NCBI GenBank assembly: GCA_963707075.1
Contig: CAVPOX010000033.1
Location: 17,301 to 81,300, forward strand
DNA: 64,000 nt
Direction: 5' to 3'
From: an uncultured Acidobacteriota bacterium
Lineage (GTDB): Bacteria; Acidobacteriota; Thermoanaerobaculia; Multivoradales; JAHEKO01
A program made the position numbers and the translations under genes. Positions 1 to 8,529 of this stretch are shown piece after piece. Position 1 is the first letter of the stretch. Each line of letters starts with the position of its first letter. The notes under the pieces are model-generated. The model was not told the origin of the DNA. It searched no databases and worked only from the letters and a program-made list of their open reading frames with translations.

Positions 1-900
1 CGCAACTTCCAGTTGGTCGGTGACTTCAAAGGTGGCAACGCTTACCAGGAGATGAAGCCTGTCGGCCTCGTGGTGCTCAAGTTCTACAAGTCGCTTTGCC
101 ACATTCTGGGATTCACCGGCAACGGCTTGCGAGCTCTGCGGGCTGGAGAATTGTTGCTCGTGGCATCGATCCTTGCCACAGTGCTGGCGCTGGTTTGGTA
201 TCGAAGGTCGATTCGCCGCGCAGTTTCGCCGAGCCACGTCGGGTTTCTCGAGCTCCGCTTCCTGATCGCTATCCTGTATGTCGGCCTGTCGGTCTCCCTG
301 CTCTTCTACATGGAGTTGACGACATCACTGGAATTTCAGCCTCGCATGGTGCTGGTCCTGGCGCCCTTCTTCCTGGCCGCTCTCGACCAGGTGCTCTCCA
401 ACTTCACGATCAGCCCGGGTCGAGCGCGACGGACGCTGTTCCTGCTGGGTATCCTGCTCTTGCTCACCTTTGTTGCGGGTCAACGCAACGTCATGCAACA
501 GATGCGCGCCAGACCGAATCTCTTTGCACTGGTCGACGAGGCCCTCGCCGCGCAACTCGCCGACACCTCCGTGAAACAACACCTCGAGCGTGAGATCTCC
601 ACCCACCACCCGTTGCTGGGCAACGAGCCACAGATGCTGGGTGCGGTCCTCGAAAGGCCGGTCATTGGCCTGGAGCCCCCCTACTACACCGATCGGGACT
701 GGACCCCGGATGAAGTGTATGAGTTGGTCGAGCGCTACGGCATCGAGCATGTCGTGCTCATGCCCGAAATCCTCCAGATCTCATCGGAGAGGCCAGCCTT
801 CTTTGTCAGGTTGGCACAAGAGGACGTTCCGGAATGGCTGGAGCCCATCATCACCGGCCCGGCCCTGTGGGTCTTCCGGGTCGAGAAGGATGGCGTGTGA
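1..900 (+). CDS. polytopic membrane protein, C-terminal part (5' end probably outside the window)
   Basis: Frame 1 is open from base 1, with no stop before the TTG at 13. Several hydrophobic helices are present (LLLVASILATVLALVWY, FLIAILYVGLSVSLLFY, VLVLAPFFLAAL, LFLLGILLLLTFVAG), followed by a soluble C-terminal domain. Stop at 898-900. No family recognised. Confidence 0.5.
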   Translation, partial: RNFQLVGDFKGGNAYQEMKPVGLVVLKFYKSLCHILGFTGNGLRALRAGELLLVASILATVLALVWYRRSIRRAVSPSHVGFLELRFLIAILYVGLSVSLLFYMELTTSLEFQPRMVLVLAPFFLAALDQVLSNFTISPGRARRTLFLLGILLLLTFVAGQRNVMQQMRARPNLFALVDEALAAQLADTSVKQHLEREISTHHPLLGNEPQMLGAVLERPVIGLEPPYYTDRDWTPDEVYELVERYGIEHVVLMPEILQISSERPAFFVRLAQEDVPEWLEPIITGPALWVFRVEKDGV

Positions 901-912
901 GCCGGGTCGAGC

Positions 913-1608
913 TCAGGAGACCGTTTTACGGTTCACACGGCCGAGAAAGTAGGAACGATACGAACCGTCTCTGCGCCAGACCAGAGCCCGCAAAGAGTTC
1001 AACCCAGGCTCCAGTTCGAGCATCGCCGTAGCCCTGCAGCCTGCCAGATCGGTCTCGACCCCGTTGATGCTTACCGAGGAAACCTCTTCGCGTGTAGACA
1101 GTTTGCAGGTCACCAGGATCGCAGAATCGTCGACGTCGACTCCATTCAATGGCGTCACCATTTCGACGACCCTGGCGGGCTTCGGCTCGCCTGACTGCGC
1201 GTTCCCCGACCCGGACGACCTCTTGCCGACAATCCCGGGGTCGGCGATCAGCTGCCTCCAGGTGCCCTGGGGCTCTGGGGTCAGAATCTTGCGAATACTC
1301 AAGCCTGCGATCTGAATAGGCAGGGCATCTCCCGTCTCGCTCCGCTGCTCCGCATCGGCACGCACCCACCGAATCTGCCCCTCCACATCCACGGCATGAT
1401 TCAAATCCCACAGTGTCAGGCGGTAGACACCGCCACGAGAGAGAATCGATGACGCCGGTACGACGATCGCCAAACCCTTGCGGCTCAAATTGAGTAGCGT
1501 CGCTCCCTGAATCTCACCTGCCAACTGCCCGACTGGCATGGTGAATCGAGGGAAACCACGCCTGTCTTCTCTGTCGCGAGGGGTTGGCGAGAGCAAGATC
1601 GAAGTCAC
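913..1608 (-). CDS. PilZ domain protein (c-di-GMP receptor candidate)
   Basis: 231-aa ORF with a GTG start, 14 nt downstream of the regulator's stop. The N-terminus carries both PilZ signatures: RRGFPR (RxxxR), then NLSRKG (D/NxSxxG) about 20 aa later. It is the last gene of the kinase-regulator operon. Confidence 0.75.
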   Translation of the reverse strand: MTSILLSPTPRDREDRRGFPRFTMPVGQLAGEIQGATLLNLSRKGLAIVVPASSILSRGGVYRLTLWDLNHAVDVEGQIRWVRADAEQRSETGDALPIQIAGLSIRKILTPEPQGTWRQLIADPGIVGKRSSGSGNAQSGEPKPARVVEMVTPLNGVDVDDSAILVTCKLSTREEVSSVSINGVETDLAGCRATAMLELEPGLNSLRALVWRRDGSYRSYFLGRVNRKTVS

Positions 1609-1622
1609 TCCTTATCGATCGC

Positions 1623-3719
1623 CTACCAGCGGCGACCACTGGCGATGAGATCTCCCGCGGCAATGGCGTCCAGGGGTCGGGAGATATAGAACCCCTGCCC
1701 ATAGTCGCAGTCGAGGCTGCGCAGAGCCTTGAGCTGATCAGCGGTTTCGAGTCCCTCAGCCGCTGCATGCATTCCCAAGCTGCGGGCCAGGGCGACGATC
1801 GTCGCGACAATCTCCGTGTTGCTATCGTCCTGGTCGATCCGACTGACGAAGGAGCGATCGATCTTGATCGTATGGGTGGGAAGTCGATGCAGATGACTGA
1901 GTGACGAGTAGCCGGTGCCGAAGTCATCCAGATGGAGCTGCACACCCGTGCTGCGCAACTGCTGCAGCTTCAACACCGCGGAGTCGGCGTCCTCCATGAT
2001 CATGCTTTCAGTGATCTCGAGGCGCAAACGCGACGCATCCAGTCTCGTCTCATCCAGAACGTCCCGAATCTGATCCACCAGATCCGGCTGCAAAAACTGC
2101 CGGCCTGAGAGATTTACATTGATGGACATCGGCTGAATCGAGGGGTACTCACGGTGCCAGGAAGCCATCTTGCGACAGGCATCGCGCAACACGCACCAGC
2201 CAATAGGGACAATCAGGCCAGTCTCCTCGGCGACTGGAATGAACTCGTCCGGATAGACCAACCCTCGCTGTGGGTGTTGCCAGCGCACCAGCGCCTCGAA
2301 ACCTTCGATCTCCCCTCGTGCCAGCGAGATGATGGGCTGATAGTGCAGACAGAACTCCTCGCGCTCGACGGCTCGGCGAAGATCTGTCTCCAGTCGCAGC
2401 AACTCCACAGCGCGCTCGTGCATTCTCTGGTCGAAGATCGAGTGGCGATTCTTACCAAGACTCTTGGCCCGATACATTGCGGTATCCGCATCCCGCAAGA
2501 CCTCTTCCGGACGGTGATAGCCGTTGGTGCCAAGCGCAATGCCAATACTCGCAGTGGTGAAAACCTCGTGTCCTTCCAGGTCGAAGGGGCGACGTAGCTC
2601 TTCGTGGATCCGCTCAGCGATCCGCGTGGCATCGGAGGGCGCCTCCACCGCGCTGATCAAGACCGCAAACTCGTCACCCCCCAGGCGCGCCACGGTATCC
2701 CCAGGTCGCATCATTTTCCTCAGGCGCCCGGCGATGGCAATCAGCAATCGGTCACCCAGGGTGTGCCCGAGACTGTCGTTGACGTTCTTGAACCGATCCA
2801 AATCCAGGAAAAGGACCGCGAACATGTTCTCCGCGCGACGTTTCGCCTGAGCGATGGCGATGCCGAGGCGATCCATGAACAGCGCCCAATTGGGCAAGCC
2901 AGTGAGCGCATCGTGCATTGCATCGTGCAATAGCTGCTGCTCGGTCATCTTGCGGGCGTGGATATCGGTCAAAGAACCTGCCATTCGATGCGGTGGGCCA
3001 CTCGCCTCCCGCACCGCCACTCCACGGGCCAGAACCCAACGGTAGGACTCATCACGATGCCGCACGCGGTGTTCGCTCTCGAAGTGCACGCTGCGGCCCT
3101 CCAGATGAGCCTCGATGTCGTTGCGGAGACGCTCGATATCGTCCGGATGAACCCTCTCGAGCCACTCCTCGATACCGCCCTGCAGCTCATCATCGCCAAA
3201 ACCGAGCAGCCCCTTCCACCTCCCCGAGAAGTAGACTTCGTCGGTCTGCAGGTCCCAGTCCCAGACGCCATCGTTGGCCCCATCGACAGCGAGGGAGTAT
3301 CGCTCTTCGCTGATCCGTACCTTCTCCTCGAAGTGCTTGCGTTCAATGGCGTAGCGAATCGAACGCACCAGAAGATGCGTATCCACCTGCCGCTTGACCA
3401 GGTAGTCCTGGGCTCCGTCGCCGACCGCCTTCAATGCCAGCGCCGAGTCGTCGATTCCGGTCATGACGATAATGGGCACATCAGGAGCAGCGGCCACGGC
3501 TCTTTCGAAGGTGTCGATTCCCTGACTATCCGGTAGTGTCAGGTCGAGAAGCACCACGTCGATGCCACCCTTCTGCAGACGATCCAAACCCTTGCCCAAG
3601 CGGTCCGCCCGCTCGAGCGAGAACTGCAAATGTTCAGCCCGGCGCAGATAGGTGCGCACCAGACGGGCATCATCATCGTTGTCTTCGACCAGCAGAACCT
3701 GGATCTTGGTCTCGTTCAT
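1623..3719 (-). CDS. response regulator with REC-PAS-GGDEF-EAL architecture
   Basis: The start is taken at the internal ATG (MNETKIQVLLVEDNDDD), which shares one base with the kinase's stop codon (TGATG). The REC domain has a canonical acceptor context (VVLLDLTLPD). The GGDEF motif is intact (RLGGDEF), with an RxxD I-site at canonical spacing (RPGDTVARLGGDEF). The EAL motifs are intact (EALVRW, DDFGTGYSS, KIDRSF, GQGFY). The 120-nt upstream extension in the ORF track is Arg-rich and overlaps the kinase gene. Confidence 0.9.
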   Translation of the reverse strand: MNETKIQVLLVEDNDDDARLVRTYLRRAEHLQFSLERADRLGKGLDRLQKGGIDVVLLDLTLPDSQGIDTFERAVAAAPDVPIIVMTGIDDSALALKAVGDGAQDYLVKRQVDTHLLVRSIRYAIERKHFEEKVRISEERYSLAVDGANDGVWDWDLQTDEVYFSGRWKGLLGFGDDELQGGIEEWLERVHPDDIERLRNDIEAHLEGRSVHFESEHRVRHRDESYRWVLARGVAVREASGPPHRMAGSLTDIHARKMTEQQLLHDAMHDALTGLPNWALFMDRLGIAIAQAKRRAENMFAVLFLDLDRFKNVNDSLGHTLGDRLLIAIAGRLRKMMRPGDTVARLGGDEFAVLISAVEAPSDATRIAERIHEELRRPFDLEGHEVFTTASIGIALGTNGYHRPEEVLRDADTAMYRAKSLGKNRHSIFDQRMHERAVELLRLETDLRRAVEREEFCLHYQPIISLARGEIEGFEALVRWQHPQRGLVYPDEFIPVAEETGLIVPIGWCVLRDACRKMASWHREYPSIQPMSINVNLSGRQFLQPDLVDQIRDVLDETRLDASRLRLEITESMIMEDADSAVLKLQQLRSTGVQLHLDDFGTGYSSLSHLHRLPTHTIKIDRSFVSRIDQDDSNTEIVATIVALARSLGMHAAAEGLETADQLKALRSLDCDYGQGFYISRPLDAIAAGDLIASGRRW

Positions 3720-5233
3720 CAGGGTTGATCGTCTCTCCTGGAGTGAGGTTTGGGCATCGTGAAGCAAAAGCGCGAGCCACCTTCGGGCAGAGCCTCTGCC
3801 CAGAGGCGCCCACCGTGCCTTTCGACAATGCGCTTGCACATACTCAGACCGATTCCGGTCCCAGGCAGACTGGGGTGCAGCCGACGGAAGATCACAAAAA
3901 CGGTCTCGAGCTCCTCAGGTTCGATGCCGATACCGTTGTCGGCGATTGTCAAGATCCATTCACTCGCCTTCTCTTCAGCCGAGATACGAATTCTGGGTGG
4001 CTCCTCCCCTCTGAACTTTATCGCATTGGAAATCAGGTTACGCCACAGCTGCACCAGCTGCGAATGGTCTCCGAACACAGTTGGCAGCAGATCACTGCGA
4101 ATCTCCGCGTCGCTCTCGTCGATAATGTCCTCGATCCCCAGAATCGCCTCGTGCAGGACCTCATTCGAATCGACAGCCTCGAAGTCGCCGCCCTCGGTGT
4201 CGATCCGCGACAGCTCCAGCAGGTCACCAACCAGGTTCTGCATTCGATGGGCACCATCAGTGACGCTCCGGAGTAGCTCGGAGCCCTCTTCATCGAGCAC
4301 CTCTCCGTACTCTTCCGCCAGAATGTCGCCAAACTTCTCCACCATCCGTAGAGGCTGTTGCAGCTCGTGTGAAGCCATATAGGCGAACTGGCTCAGGTCC
4401 GCGTTGGACCGCTCGAGCTCCTGGAGCTTCAGGGTGACCGCCTCTTCCTGCTCCTTGAGGCGGGTGATGTCCTGGACCACCACGTCGATGACGATTTCGC
4501 CGTCGACATCGACCATGAGGACCTCGGTCAAACTCAACCAGGCGATCGAGCCATCCGAATTCTGGATCCGCACCTCGCGAGACCGCAGCGTCTGCCGATT
4601 GCTGAGTCGCTGTAGCAGATCCTGCCGCTCCTCCGAGAGAAACTGAGGTTCCGGAAGGTCCAGCTTGAGGACGTCTTCGATCTCATCGATACCGAGAAGC
4701 CGAAAAAGGGCCGGCGTCGACTCGATCAGTCTGCCGTCGAGAGTCGAACGATAGACTCCGATATTGGACCGATCCAGCAGCGTCCCGATCCAGGGTTCGC
4801 TGCGGGCTGCCAGGATACGATTGGTGGCCTGCTCCCAAGCCGCTTGAACAACGCTCGGAAGTTGCAGATAGCCTTTCGAGCCTTTGAAGACGAAGTCGGC
4901 AAATCCAGCCTTCATGGCCTCGACCACGACCTCCTCGTCGCGCAGCTCCGTAAAGGCAATCACGGGCGCCGCCGGGCAGCTATCACGCACTGTTCGCAGC
5001 ACCGCCAGACCGTCAGTCCAACTCATCAGGCACTCGGTGACGACCAGGTCGAATCGGCCCCGACGCATGGCCGAGGCGAACTGTTCCGCATCCTGCACCT
5101 CGAGAATCCTGGCTTCGGGCAGTGACCGACTCAGCACGGCGCTGGCCAATGCACGATCATCCGGACGTTCGTCTACCAGGAGCAGCCTTAGCTTGCTCGG
5201 GTCAGACATCCGATCCCCCTGAATCCACGTCAC
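3719..5233 (-). CDS. histidine kinase with N-terminal receiver-like domain and PAS region
   Basis: H-box (ASHELQQPLRMV), N-box (LISNAIKF), G1 (DNGIGI) and G2 (GTGIGLS) are all present. The N-terminal ~120 aa fold like a receiver (LRLLLVDERPDD ... FDLVVTECLM ... VIAFT ... FVFKG). An alternative start at 5209 (MSDPSKL) is possible. Confidence 0.88.
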   Translation of the reverse strand: MTWIQGDRMSDPSKLRLLLVDERPDDRALASAVLSRSLPEARILEVQDAEQFASAMRRGRFDLVVTECLMSWTDGLAVLRTVRDSCPAAPVIAFTELRDEEVVVEAMKAGFADFVFKGSKGYLQLPSVVQAAWEQATNRILAARSEPWIGTLLDRSNIGVYRSTLDGRLIESTPALFRLLGIDEIEDVLKLDLPEPQFLSEERQDLLQRLSNRQTLRSREVRIQNSDGSIAWLSLTEVLMVDVDGEIVIDVVVQDITRLKEQEEAVTLKLQELERSNADLSQFAYMASHELQQPLRMVEKFGDILAEEYGEVLDEEGSELLRSVTDGAHRMQNLVGDLLELSRIDTEGGDFEAVDSNEVLHEAILGIEDIIDESDAEIRSDLLPTVFGDHSQLVQLWRNLISNAIKFRGEEPPRIRISAEEKASEWILTIADNGIGIEPEELETVFVIFRRLHPSLPGTGIGLSMCKRIVERHGGRLWAEALPEGGSRFCFTMPKPHSRRDDQP

Positions 5234-5446
5234 ACCCCACCGGACTCCATTCTGCAGGTCATTCGAGAATGCGCTGGCCGCCCTCTACGCCTGCAACTCC
5301 CGCGGGGGCTTCACCCCGGTCGTTGGCCCGTCAAAGCTGCGAGAAATCAAGGTTCAGTATCCATCTCGCCTGCCTCGTCCAGAGCAGCTCAGCACTTGCG
5401 CCGACCCTACAAGAAGCCCTCGAGGCAGCCAACACCCGAATAGCAA

Positions 5447-5458
5447 AATATCGATATT
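5447..5458. promoter_or_regulatory. perfect 12-bp AT-rich palindrome AATATCGATATT immediately upstream of yjbQ
   Basis: Read directly from the sequence. It ends 3 nt before the ATG at 5462, in an otherwise GC-rich divergent intergenic region (5234-5461). Confidence 0.35.
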
Positions 5459-5461
5459 CCC

Positions 5462-5887
5462 ATGGGTTATGCTTGGCCGATGATCCACCAAATACAGATC
5501 CAGATTTTGGGCAGGGGCCTTCACGAAATCACCGCTGAGATTGCCGACCTGGTTGCCTCGAGCGGTGTAAGCGAAGGGCTGTGCACCGTTTTCGTGCGTC
5601 ATACCTCTGCCAGCCTGACGATCCAGGAGAACGCAGACCCATCCGCCAGAAGGGATCTCGAACGCTGGCTCGACAGGCTGGTGCCCGAGAACGAATCCCT
5701 CTACACCCATACCGCCGAAGGGCCCGACGATATGCCTTCCCATATCAAGGCGGCCCTGACCAGCACGTCGCTCGGCATTCCAGTGATCGACGGCCGCCTG
5801 GCTTTGGGCACCTGGCAGGGCATCTTCCTGTGGGAGCATCGGACTTCGCCCAAGACCAGAAGCCTCGTCGTGCATCTTGGCGAATGA
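5462..5887 (+). CDS. yjbQ: YjbQ/UPF0047 family protein
   Basis: 141-aa ORF with the characteristic family sequence: GLCTVFVRHTSASLTIQENADP ... DDMPSHIKAALTSTSL ... DGRLALGTWQGIFLWEHR. Confidence 0.85.
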   Translation: MGYAWPMIHQIQIQILGRGLHEITAEIADLVASSGVSEGLCTVFVRHTSASLTIQENADPSARRDLERWLDRLVPENESLYTHTAEGPDDMPSHIKAALTSTSLGIPVIDGRLALGTWQGIFLWEHRTSPKTRSLVVHLGE

Positions 5888-6612
5888 CCGGGGATCGAGA
5901 CTCGATGCGCAATCTACTGCTGGTCAGTAGCTCTTCCACTTTCGGCACCGCTTACCTGGACCACTGCGAGGGCCCGATCCAGGATCTCTTCGCCGGAGCC
6001 CAGGCCCGGACTGTCCTCTTTGTCCCCTTCGCTCTGAAGGACCATGAGGCCTATGCTGACCAGGCCAGAGAACGATTCCGCTCGATGGGGCTCGAGCTCC
6101 ACTCCATCCATGGATGCGCCGATCCGGTCGAGGCGACCGCCGAGGCCGAAGGCCTGTTCATCGGCGGCGGCAACACCTTCCGACTGCTCGACTCTCTCCA
6201 TCGCCTCGACCTGATCGACGCCATTCGCCGGCGCGTCGGAGAAGGCATGCCGTATCTCGGCACCAGCGCCGGTTCCAACGTTGCCTGTCCGACGATCATG
6301 ACCACTAATGACATGCCCATCGTGCAGCCTCCCTCCTTCAGGGCCCTGGAAATAGTTGGGTTCCAGATCAACGCGCACTATCTCGACCCCGACCCTGACT
6401 CGCGACATATGGGAGAGACTCGTGACACCCGCATCCGGGAGTTTCACGAGGAGAACGACACCCCGGTCGTCGCGATCCGCGAAGGTGCCATGTTGGCGGT
6501 ACAGGGAGCCGAGGTCACCCTCGGTGGCGACAGCGGTGCCAAGATCTTTCGCAAGGATCGGGAGCCCAGGGAATGCAGGCCGGGCACTCGCATCGATCTC
6601 GAGTTCGGCTAG
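5884..6612 (+). CDS. pepE: dipeptidase E (peptidase family S51)
   Basis: The ATG at 5884 overlaps the yjbQ stop (ATGA). S51 hallmarks are present: LFIGGGNTFRLL and the nucleophile context YLGTSAGSNV. The upstream 100 aa of ORF 5581..6612 are Arg/Pro-rich and lie inside yjbQ, so they are excluded. Confidence 0.85.
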   Translation: MTGDRDSMRNLLLVSSSSTFGTAYLDHCEGPIQDLFAGAQARTVLFVPFALKDHEAYADQARERFRSMGLELHSIHGCADPVEATAEAEGLFIGGGNTFRLLDSLHRLDLIDAIRRRVGEGMPYLGTSAGSNVACPTIMTTNDMPIVQPPSFRALEIVGFQINAHYLDPDPDSRHMGETRDTRIREFHEENDTPVVAIREGAMLAVQGAEVTLGGDSGAKIFRKDREPRECRPGTRIDLEFG

Positions 6613-7037
6613 CGGTCATACGACGAGCCGTTACCCGTCATGAAGTCCAGGCTCTCCTCGGCGAGATCCTCGAGGAATTCGATGCCTGCCAGTAGTGTTG
6701 CCCGTTCCCTACTCGCCGCAGACTGGATCGGCGCCTCAACGCGAAACCAGCGGACGGTGCCGGTCAAGGGGATGAATCGGGACCTGTGTCGCACCCTGAA
6801 CCTCAGCTCCTTGCCAACCTCCATCGGCAGGCCGACCCGGATCCTCATCCCGCGAGAGCTCAAATCGACGATCATCCCCGGCACAGGGAAATAGCACCGC
6901 AGATAAGAAGGGTGATGGCGGGCCTGCTGGCGACGGTCGGTTACCGGGGGTTCTGCGGGTATCCAACTCGGGAAGGTCTCCATGTCGACAGGAAGTCTGT
7001 CCCATTCCGTCGCCGGCTGCGACAGGTTGATACACAT
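6609..7037 (-). CDS. small stand-alone PilZ domain protein
   Basis: PilZ signatures RRQQAR (RxxxR) and DLSSRG (DxSxxG) are present. The start is placed at the internal ATG at 7037 (MCINLSQ...), because the longer ORF would run into the divergent gene's start region. The start remains uncertain; another Met (METFPSW) is possible. Confidence 0.6.
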   Translation of the reverse strand: MCINLSQPATEWDRLPVDMETFPSWIPAEPPVTDRRQQARHHPSYLRCYFPVPGMIVDLSSRGMRIRVGLPMEVGKELRFRVRHRSRFIPLTGTVRWFRVEAPIQSAASRERATLLAGIEFLEDLAEESLDFMTGNGSSYDR

Positions 7038-7103
7038 ATAGCCAAGACCTGCTGAATCCTCCAGCCCGATCTGTGAACTTCCTAACAGATTCCTTCCCCG
7101 GTT

Positions 7104-8472
7104 GTGCTTAGTGTCGAGCCAATGAGCTCCATCAAGCGACTCGAGGCCCGTCGACCCACCCTCACCGCATCGGTTGTCTTCGCCTGTCTGGCACTGGCTG
7201 TTCCAGCGCTGGCGCAAATGGAATGTTCTCCTCTGCCAGCCCCAACTGGAGCTGTGATAACGGTCGCACCAAACCAGGCGGCAGAACTGCGACAGATCGT
7301 TGCCAACGCCCCTGCCGGCAGCACCATCCTGCTGCGCGATGGCACCTACTCCATGGACCGCGGGGACTCCAACTCCCGTCTCGTTTTCTCGACCCCGGGC
7401 GTCACGCTGAGGTCCCTCAATGGCAACGCTGAAGCAGTGACCCTGGACGGCAACTACGCCACCAACGAGCTGGTCAGCATCAGTGCTTCCGATGTCACGA
7501 TCGCCGACCTGACTCTAACGCGGGCCTACGATCACCCCATCCATGTCAGCGGCAGACCAGGTCAGCCGATTCGGGGCGTGCTGATCCATGGAGTCGTCAT
7601 TGTCGACCCCGGCCAGCAAGCCATCAAGGTCAACGCGAACGGGGATGGCTACGCCGATTACGGCACCATCGAGTGCAGTCGCCTCGAACTGACTTCTCGT
7701 GGTCGAGACAGCGTGCGAGATAGCTGCTACACCGGAGGCATCGATGCCCACAAAGCTCGAGGCTGGGTAGTCAAGACGCAATCTCGTTCGCGGTTTCTGG
7801 TGCCCTTCGGGATTGTCCGAACACGCCATCCACTTCTGGAGCACCTCGCGCGACACGCTGATCGAGGAGAACTGGATCCTCAATTGCGCGCGGGGGATCG
7901 GCCTCGGGTTGAGAGAGTCCGGGGCGACAAGAACCTATGAGGACAATCCTTATCCAGATGCTGGCTACCTGGGCCACATCGATGGCGTCGTGCGCAACAA
8001 CTTCATCGCGGCCAACGATGCCGCGCTGTTCAATTCGTCTTTCGGATTCGATGCAGGCATCTCGATGGAGCAGGCACGTGGCGCCCGGATCCTGCACAAT
8101 ACCGTCGGCTCCACTTCGTCTCCCTTCTCTTCGATCGAATGGCGCTTCGAGAACACAGCCATCGAGCTCTTCAACAACCTGGTAACTCACAATCTCAGAG
8201 CTCGGGACAACGCCCAGGGCGCGGGCACCTCCAACCTCGAGTACGCCAACCCGACCTGGTTTGTCGATCTCGCCGCCGGCGACCTCCATCTGACCCAACT
8301 GGCAACGCCCGCTCTCGATTCGGGGACGGTACAAGACCCCGCAGCGGCTGCCTTCGACTTCGATCACCAATCGCGGGATTCCCGGCCCGACATCGGCGCG
8401 GACGAGTTGGGGCTACCGATGGTCTTTCAGGACGGCTTCGAAACTGGGGGTCTCGATCGGTGGAGTTTCTAG
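7104..8472 (+). pseudogene. secreted right-handed parallel beta-helix (pectate-lyase-fold-like) protein, interrupted by one frameshift
   Basis: ORFs 7104..7940 (frame 3) and 7813..8472 (frame 1) read as one protein. A signal peptide (VVFACLALAVPALAQ) is followed by repetitive beta-helix-like turns. Frame 3 turns Arg-rich after ...KARGWVV (7772). Frame 1 opens after the TAG at 7768-7770 and continues RRNLVRGFWCPSGLSEHAIHFW. Skipping one base near 7773 joins them. Confidence 0.7.
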
Positions 8473-8529
8473 GAAAGCGAACAGAGCTCACTTGAGGTTG
8501 CCAGGCTGAACCCTCATACTCGACCCCGT

